A stretch of DNA of 58,579 bases, counting the filler, from Bipalium vagum (Eukaryota): NCBI GenBank assembly GCA_037834085.1. It is 3 parts of 3 records of this genome, joined end to end, with 100 filler letters (N's around TTAATTAATTAA, not from the genome) between each part and the next. Parts side by side here need not be neighbours in the genome. Positions count along the whole stretch, not along the records: positions 37,430 to 58,579 come from JBBMKC010241516.1; 2 more parts are not named here. One strand, 5' to 3'. The notes beneath the pieces were generated by a model. The model made no database searches. It saw nothing but the letters and a program-made list of their open reading frames with translations, and had not been told where the DNA came from. Shown here in pieces: positions 52,501 through 58,579 of this stretch. Position 1 is the first letter of the stretch. Each line of letters begins with the position of its first letter. The position numbers were made by a program, and so were the translations under genes.

Positions 52501-52787
52501 CAATAATTTTGTAACTCGATTTATGTTGATTGGATGTAACATTGAAATTAGACAATTGAATTAAATATTGCAGGACTATTTGTCGGTATCTGAATTTGTA
52601 CAATCTGCTCAAGGTCCGATGGAGACAAACAAGACCGAACGATATTGCGGGACATCCATACCAGGAATTCTTGTCTCTCAACAGAACTCTCTGGGGTTTA
52701 AACTTATTTTCAAGTCGGATTCTCAAAAAAACGGCCCAGGGTTTTTGGCCAGTTATCAGTTTATAAAAAAGAGAGCTCTATTCGCTG
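40298..52787 (+). CDS. Multi-CUB-domain extracellular protein, SOL-1 (suppressor of lurcher)-like, partial; exons 40298-40560, 40643-40856, 40937-41232, 46965-47136, 49367-49599, 52154-52407, 52574-52787
   Basis: All six introns are GT-AG with matching phases. The spliced product encodes about 3.5 tandem CUB domains (CDKDYLDIY..GRFCG..GFEGNY; GNILSPTYPG..CIYEF; FINSPFYNSFYPSNSSCQYDF; CKE|DYL..RYCG..FKSD..GFLASYQF). The linkers HIAGTECD and DYGISG..C.F.Y recall invertebrate SOL-1-like proteins; this family call is from memory and less certain than the CUB call. Confidence 0.88.
40643..40856 (+). CDS. CUB-protein exon
   Basis: aatttag| ...NCYYLIHENHSDVGNILSPTYPGLLPSALKCIYEF...IRLNFNEFNL |gtgggt. 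Confidence 0.9.
40937..41232 (+). CDS. CUB-protein exon
   Basis: tttttcag| CPVEFIEI...RICGQ...GFKIGFQF...HIAGT |gttttt. Confidence 0.9.
41650..41970 (+). mobile_element. Possible 5' (HTH) fragment of an IS630/Tc1-type transposase
   Basis: RQPINFDIINRVRR..LSVKSVSKNLDI is an HTH-like relic; stops follow. Confidence 0.35.
42110..42910 (-). mobile_element. Decayed ITmD37E/TRT-family transposase
   Basis: IVILDDESYF (first D) and FWSDLASSHY...NPANVLELRPTEDFW, with exactly 37 residues between D and E. Confidence 0.88.
43950..44485 (+). mobile_element. 3' half of a Tc1-family transposon
   Basis: FQHDGAPCH...VLGPWPGNSPDLSPIENCW (D35E spacing), then MIDSMPR..TKY. Confidence 0.85.
45840..46300 (+). 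mobile_element. Decayed mariner fragment
   Basis: KTTHEIAREL and FWKQLLTGDE relics. Confidence 0.6.
46330..46680 (+). mobile_element. Decayed mauritiana-like mariner fragment
   Basis: FEDEELAQLL..SQECISQRL..GMIRKLGKWV..TERDIKR; IRYDNPK. Confidence 0.75.
46965..47136 (+). CDS. CUB-protein exon
   Basis: ttttccag| (E)CDFLIQSTSQKKGVLSSPSF...CNYFFFG...VVQLNFSHFNFP |gttggt. Confidence 0.88.
47226..47954 (-). mobile_element. TIR-bounded, internally deleted pogo/Tc2-like transposon (729 bp)
   Basis: 25-bp TIRs, 24/25 identical (ctctaaatcttcgattaattccc/gcca), with TA on both sides. The DDE_1 relic reads KGLTRLLQPADT.WFKPLK..TKTGKLKVPS..W..SW.ALS..LIKKSF. Confidence 0.88.
48300..49200 (-). mobile_element. 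Decayed mariner transposase, most of its length
   Basis: FLQGIVTGNEKRMCYENP; CI*WSQ..ILYHDLLK; HENIMTHV..VKGTLKAFGWDVLCYPRYSSDIVP. Confidence 0.8.
49367..49599 (+). CDS. CUB-protein exon
   Basis: tttttcatag| CHSGSLSVY...SLCQN...ITSRNPVLILKL...GFTLSYIFLK |gtattt; phases match both neighbours. Confidence 0.82.
51560..52070 (+). mobile_element. 3' half of a cecropia-like mariner
   Basis: MITIWWS..GVVHYSFL; LVNRKGILLLHGNARP; PYSPDLAPTDF; terminus ...tgcaacctaa-ta. Confidence 0.85.
52154..52407 (+). CDS. CUB-protein exon
   Basis: aatttcag| (D)YGISGEMVNPGICHFQY...FINSPFYNSFYPSNSSCQYDF...IRLTF...SCKE |gtaaaa. Confidence 0.9.
52574..52787 (+). CDS. CUB-protein exon
   Basis: attgcag| DYLSVSEF...ERYCGTSIPG...LIFKSDSQKNGPGFLASYQF..LFA |gtaaaa. 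Confidence 0.9.
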
Positions 52788-53318
52788 GTAAAATTGTGTT
52801 CAAGTTTAAAGAAAAATATTATTTAAAGCATTAATGGAACATAATTTATGCATTTTTTTTCAAACAAAAATTATTTATTCTTTATGTTTATTCTTTTAAT
52901 TTTCTTTTAAAGGATATTTGACTGTAGTAACATCATTATTACATAGTTTTTACAATAATAATAATAATGTGAGACATCAAATAAATATAAAAATATTTGT
53001 ATATTTTTTGCTTTATCTTAGGTTAGCTAAAATATTAGGTAACATCAACAGTTTCCGCCCTTTTCTAACGTAAAATAAAAAAAATTGTTACATATAACAA
53101 AATGAAGTTTATTGAATGAAATGTTAGGTGTACAAATAAATAAACCAAGTTTGTAATTACTTTATATAACTAATACAGTTGTTTTAATATTTCAATCAGC
53201 GATTTATAGTTTAATCAATTATTATCATGAAATCGCGATTTCAAGAAGATCAACCAGGAATGTTCAAAATATTGGGTCCAGCAGTATCTAAAATGGGAAC
53301 AAACAGGTAATTATAATA

Positions 53319-53552
53319 TCAGGTTGTGTAGTATGAAATTTGTAAATGAAAAACAAAGTTTATTAATAAATTACAAATAAAAATAAACAATTGATTTATA
53401 CTTTATCAGATTAAAATGATATTCTCAAACCAGACAGATATATAATTTACCAACGCAAAAAACAGAATGGTAAAATATCAAGCCGATAACAAATAAACAA
53501 CAATTAAAGTTGGCAATATCATTACCTACAAATTTTATACTACACAACCTGA
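53319..53552. mobile_element. Mariner-type MITE (234 bp)
   Basis: 26-bp TIRs, 25/26 identical (tcaggttgtgtagtatg/aaaatttgta), with TA on both sides and no coding capacity. Confidence 0.85.
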
Positions 53553-53719
53553 TATACATGGTGGCCACTAAAAGACTTACCAATTTAAAATTGATCTGAA
53601 ATTGAAAATATAAATGATTTTTTTAAAATTTTTTTAGATAATATAAAGCATTTCTTGGAATTTAAATGAATGTTTATAATATTCCACACCGAGTATAATG
53701 TATTTTGTTAAATATATAA

Positions 53720-54090
53720 AACAGGTCATCTTCGCTACTGAAATCTTTACAAATTTCGGCAAGGAAAGTGCAAAAACAACATGGAAATCTAAGAACACCA
53801 TAATGAAACTTAGCTGGTAAATCTTGGAGAATCCGGCGTATTCACTAGATGTTGCTCCAACGGATTATCATTTGTCTAGGTCAATGCAGCTACCTTGTGT
53901 GATGCACACTTTTAATCAGTGGATGTCATTCGAAAATGATTTGAGAAACATTTAGCTTCAATTTCCTGCAAGATGGCTTAGAGTTATCTATAATAATGAC
54001 GTTTACTTTGATCAATAAATTTGTATTACTTCTAATACAATAAATTTTGAAGGTAGTTAAAAAATTTGAATGAATTATTTATAAACCTAA
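53720..54090 (+). mobile_element. 3' fragment of a mariner
   Basis: PAYSLDVAPTDYHLSRSMQ; terminus ...ataaacctaa-ta. Confidence 0.75.
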
Positions 54091-54179
54091 TATTTTCCAT
54101 TTTGTTCGATAATCTTTCGACATTTATTTGATAAATTCATAACTTAATCAATGTAAAATTTCTGAAATTTTTGATTAAA

Positions 54180-54720
54180 GAAATTTACAATGTATTTTCC
54201 ACATGGTTGGTTGAAACAATTGAAATCTCATTATAAAATTCGACAAAGCAGAAAAAAATGATAGTCCCACAGTGCTATATCAGGATTATACGCAGGTGCA
54301 TTAGAATTTAACAGCCCAGTTCTTTCAATTTTTGTCGAGTCATAAAGATGTATATAGTCTGGCAATGTAGTAATGGAATATAAAGCCCTTTCTGTTGAGT
54401 AATCTAGGCCGGAGTTTTTTCATCGCTTGATTTAATCTCTCAAGATGCTGACAATTGATTTTAAAATCAAATGTTTGACCAGGTTCCAACTGCTAATAAT
54501 ATTAATTTCAAATCATAGAAAACAGAAATCACTTTTAGTGATGGCAATCCTGACTTTGCAATCATTTGTGTGGCTTTATATATTTTGGACCATAACCTGT
54601 TCTCACCTTATTATCATTCGTGATCTACTATTCATCTCGGATGAAATGGTTCGAAATCATTTCTTTTCAATGAAGATTCAAAAATCGAAATTAGACTGAC
54701 TAAATTTTTTTCAGATATGT
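54180..54720 (-). mobile_element. Decayed mellifera-like mariner fragment
   Basis: NLVSLISIFESSLKRNDFEPF; PAYNPDIALWDY. Confidence 0.65.
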
Positions 54721-55349
54721 TATGAAGCATTCAAATATCAACATTTTTCTTGTAACCATACTTTTTAAAATGATTTAAAATAGTTTTTTGACAAATATTT
54801 AGTTCCTTATTAATGTCATAACTGACATTTCATAATGTAGCGGCTTTGTTTAATTATTATATTTTCATGATTAACCCGTCTTTATGGCCGACTTATAGGC
54901 CAGATTAAGGTGCACCTTTCCAAACAAAGTTACCTTGAAAAAGCCACTCCTGTACTGGTTTGTCTGATATAGTATGTGTTTTGACGATGTCTGACATTTC
55001 TCTCTTTATTTTGATTTTTTGCGACATTTTTAATTTGGATAAGAAAAGGTTATTGATATAATTTTTTATAATTATTTATTCTAATGATTTGATTTAATAA
55101 CATTAAATGTCAAAATTATATATTGTCAGTAATTCAAATTAAAAAAGTCTATGACGAAAACTACAAAAACTCCTTAGATATAGATATAATTTTGAAAAGA
55201 TAATCTGAAATAAAATTATTATTTTTGAAATATTAAGTAGTGAATATAATATTATTTAATAATATTTTTGCACATTGCATTATTTTATTTAAGATTCCAT
55301 TTGGTCTATTTATTAAATTTGATAATACCAAAAATATCTTTAATATATC

Positions 55350-55350
<1 letters not shown>

Positions 55351-55407
<57 letters not shown>
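55351..55407. repeat. (AAT)19 microsatellite
   Basis: Read directly. Confidence 0.95.
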
Positions 55408-55409
<2 letters not shown>

Positions 55410-57172
55410 CTATCATATCATCCCTGGACATAAATAGCGTTTTTCAGAATAGTTATATTTTTCATAAAAGCAGATTTATATTTAAAATATTGAAAAATCG
55501 TTTTAAAACAACAAACAAGAAATTGTAAATATTAAAATTAGTGTACCTCTGATTAATTTTGCCATATTAATTAAAAATCCTTTTATTAATAAATGATGAA
55601 TTTATCATATTTTTAATCTTGGTTTCGAAACCATTTTTATTTGGATATCGAAAATTTAAACATTAATTATTATAATTATTGCTTACTGACAAAGATAGAG
55701 CCATGGTCATAAAATATTTATAAAGACTTTGTTTTAAATTGTTGAAGTGTGTATTTGAAAAGTAAAAATACATTGTCAAATCAAAACGCTTAAACTGATA
55801 ATAAAAAAATCCTAATAAATTAAAAATTAAAATATTCCCTGTAATTGTTATGTTTTTTTTTTAAAAAGAAATTGTTGAAATGCGGAATTTGTAAACCTAA
55901 ACAAAATCTGAACAAATAATATTTTTTAATTATTAATTATTTTCTTTTCACTTTTTAAAAAATGAACTCTGTTTAAAATAAATATTTATTAATAATATTA
56001 TTGATTATAGTTGAACAAATAAAATATTTCCATTTCAGTGCTGAGATAATTTTCTGTATTTTTTAGTTTTCGCTTGCTGACTTCTGCTTAATTTTATTTT
56101 TCTTTTAGCTAATCGCAATCGTAAATGCATTTGATTAATTGTTAATATATTTATTCACATTAGTACAAGATATAAAAAAATAAAAATCTCATTCATCTTT
56201 TAATTAATTCGTTGTCTACTAAATGAAATTCTGTTTTCAACGCACTCAGCTCTGTAATACTACTACCTATTACAACTACGTATATTTTTGTAAAAATATT
56301 ATTTTTAAATAAAAATAAAATTTGTCAATAAGTCCCGCAACGTTTTATTTGTTAGTTAAATTGTGTAAGCTGAATATGGGTGGTAAAAAAGTTTATCTTC
56401 AGTTAATTTATGACAAAAAAATGTTAAGAATGAAATAATTGATATTTTTGCTTTTTCTTCAAAAATTACACTTTGTTAAGACTGTTCTGAATGATTTGAT
56501 AAAAAAAAATATATTATATTATATTATATTATATTTTAATTAATTTATATTTAATTCAATGTCATATGAAACAATTAAATGTTAACGTTAAGATGAATAT
56601 GAAAAAGACATGGAATTTTTGAAGAACTGTGCTATGTTTATTAAATTAAAAAAATATTATTAATATGATCTTAAGTTCTTTAAGGAATATATGGAAATGT
56701 GATAAATGTAAGGACTTAACGCGTAAAAGAAAAATACAAAAAATGCGGCCACAGCAAACATCAGAAGATGAATAAGAAAATCGTTGAAAAATCAGACAAT
56801 TAGAAACGGAAACAAAAAGAACGTCAGCAAAGTGTTAATTAAAATAAATGTTGCTTTTTTATTGTTATAATTCAATGAATGAAATGAAATAAGAGTTTCC
56901 TTTTAACAAAATTATTTTTATGCACAAATTAAAATGATTAATCACAATTTCTCATTTACCTAATCAATATTTAATTTTTATAAATGTTTATTGATTTAAA
57001 TAAACCTTGTGGAGATATCTTTTTCCAAATAGGAAAATAAATGAGAAAAAAGAAATCCACTCTGGATTCTATGGATTTTTACATTAATAGGTCGGTTCAT
57101 CGTCCTAATAAATGTGAGAGGTCAAACAAAAAGTATGCTTCTAGAAATGGAACGCTCGAAAACAAACAATTA

Positions 57173-57480
57173 TTCGGTTGTCCCGGAAGTTATTTCGGTT
57201 TTTACTATGAAATAAAAAGGCAGAATTTAAACACAAAGAAAAAAAAATCTATAAAATAATTTCCATTATTATGGACAATTTATTGCCATCTTTTAAGCAA
57301 TAAAATAATTCCCTTTTCATAAAATTTCTGGTCTTTTTTATAGAAAAAAACGATTTCAGGTATGATTTGACATCTTCGACTGAGGTAAAGTTTTTTCCAG
57401 TTAAATCGTTTTGTAGAGAACGAAAGAGATAATAGTCTGATGGTATCATATCAGGACTATATAGTGAATGTGATAGAAAA
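57173..57480 (-). mobile_element. 3' end of a mariner
   Basis: HSLYSPDMIPSDYYLFRSLQNDLTGKNF; ta-ttcggttgtccc terminus. Confidence 0.85.
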
Positions 57481-58579
57481 TATTATTATATTATTATCCA
57501 TTAATTTTTGTCGATTCTTCAAAGAAGTTTGAGGTTTACGTTGAAATTGCGTATGAAATTGTCAATTTTTGTTATTTATAAACATGATTTGTTTTGCAAA
57601 TTTTGTTTGAATTATCTAATTTAATATATTAAATGGAGGATTTAAAATTTTTGTATACTCTAATTATAACTGTTTATTCATAATTTTTATATTGTATGAA
57701 TCTGAGGAGCTGGAGTTAAGTAATGGTTAAATAATATTATTATTGTTGTATATTGTTGTTATATTGTATGATTATTGTTATTAATATTAATATTGTTATT
57801 ATTATTAAGTATTATGTTTCACGTTATTTAAACGTTAAATATTAAATTCAATATGGTAATAATGACTGCATCAGTCATGTTAAGTTCCTATAAAAATAAG
57901 TTGAATTAGTTAAGAAAACTGATTTAGGGACTTTTAGGTAACTAAACAAAATAACTATGATCAGAAGGGTTTACAGATGAATGTTCAAAGCATAAATATC
58001 AAGCTTTAATACCACAATGTAAAGTATAAACGATCAAATTCAAATTAACTAAGATAACGCAATTGTTTTCAAAATATTTATTGGAAATTATGTTCTTACA
58101 ATTTGACTCTTTTATGGGATGATCAAAGTTAAAGAAATCTATTGTCACAAACTTAGTTTAATGCGCAAAAGCACTCAGCATTTACCAACCAGCGGCTGTT
58201 CAAATTGTATAAATTAAAGTAGTAAATGGAAGAAAAACAAAAAATTTTTTAATTCTCGAAAAAGTTTCGAGCATTTATTTATAAGGATTTTTGAATAATA
58301 TTACCAAGTCAATCAGTAAAGATTGCTTGATGTTTTACAATATAGGTTTGTTATATAAATTTAAACCTGTTACGATTATCGCAGATAGTCTTATAGTTAA
58401 AAGAAATTTCGAACTAATTGTGTTAAGTGGAAATTATTGTTTTATCCCAGAGTCTTCTTTAATAAACTGTAGGTTTTCTTACGTGAGTCGCTGTTCTGAT
58501 TGCTTTAAAACGTTCTCTTCTGTATGTTTCTATGTGAGCAGTTTTGTGTGTTTTTAAACTATTTTTTTCTCGTTTATAT

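Noticed and set aside
53200-53306. Possible next CUB-gene exon ending at a gtaatt donor
   Set aside because: The phase-compatible frame has no CUB or TM features and stops before the donor
55240-55528. Poly-Asn and poly-Ile ORFs
   Set aside because: Translations of the (AAT)19 microsatellite
1-58579. CRISPR arrays, rRNA, tRNA, operon-like prokaryotic systems, intact transposases
   Set aside because: No regularly spaced repeat-spacer array or structural RNA was recognised; genes have spliceosomal introns; every transposase relic is truncated, frameshifted or interrupted by stops

Overview
This is very AT-rich eukaryotic (animal) genomic DNA in three contigs, joined by two artificial 100-bp spacers (N44-TTAATTAATTAA-N44). 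Small (45-82 nt) introns beside multi-kb transposon-filled introns, (ATT)n microsatellites and dense Tc1/mariner debris would fit a triclad flatworm; that is inference only. Four host genes are visible. (1) A + strand PTPN9/PTP-MEG2-like gene (Sec14/CRAL-TRIO plus classical PTP domain) has 7 phase-consistent exons at 565-18764; its 5' end lies outside the window and its Q-loop exon was not found. (2) A - strand gene with a single coding exon encodes a type-I membrane Ig-superfamily protein (25316-26590). (3) A + strand gene with a single coding exon encodes a protein with two non-canonical RING fingers exactly 250 aa apart (34105-35721). (4) A + strand multi-CUB-domain gene resembling SOL-1-like proteins has 7 phase-consistent exons at 40298-52787 and is incomplete at both ends. 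Introns and spacers hold more than 20 decayed IS630/Tc1/mariner-pogo elements, including a clean nested insertion, an internal inversion and TIR-bounded deletion derivatives. A decayed cold-shock-domain ORF lies antisense just after the PTP P-loop exon. I saw no rRNA, tRNA or CRISPR array, and no convincing multi-gene novel system. The best leads are the tandem-RING protein, the orphan Ig receptor and the cold-shock-domain relic.
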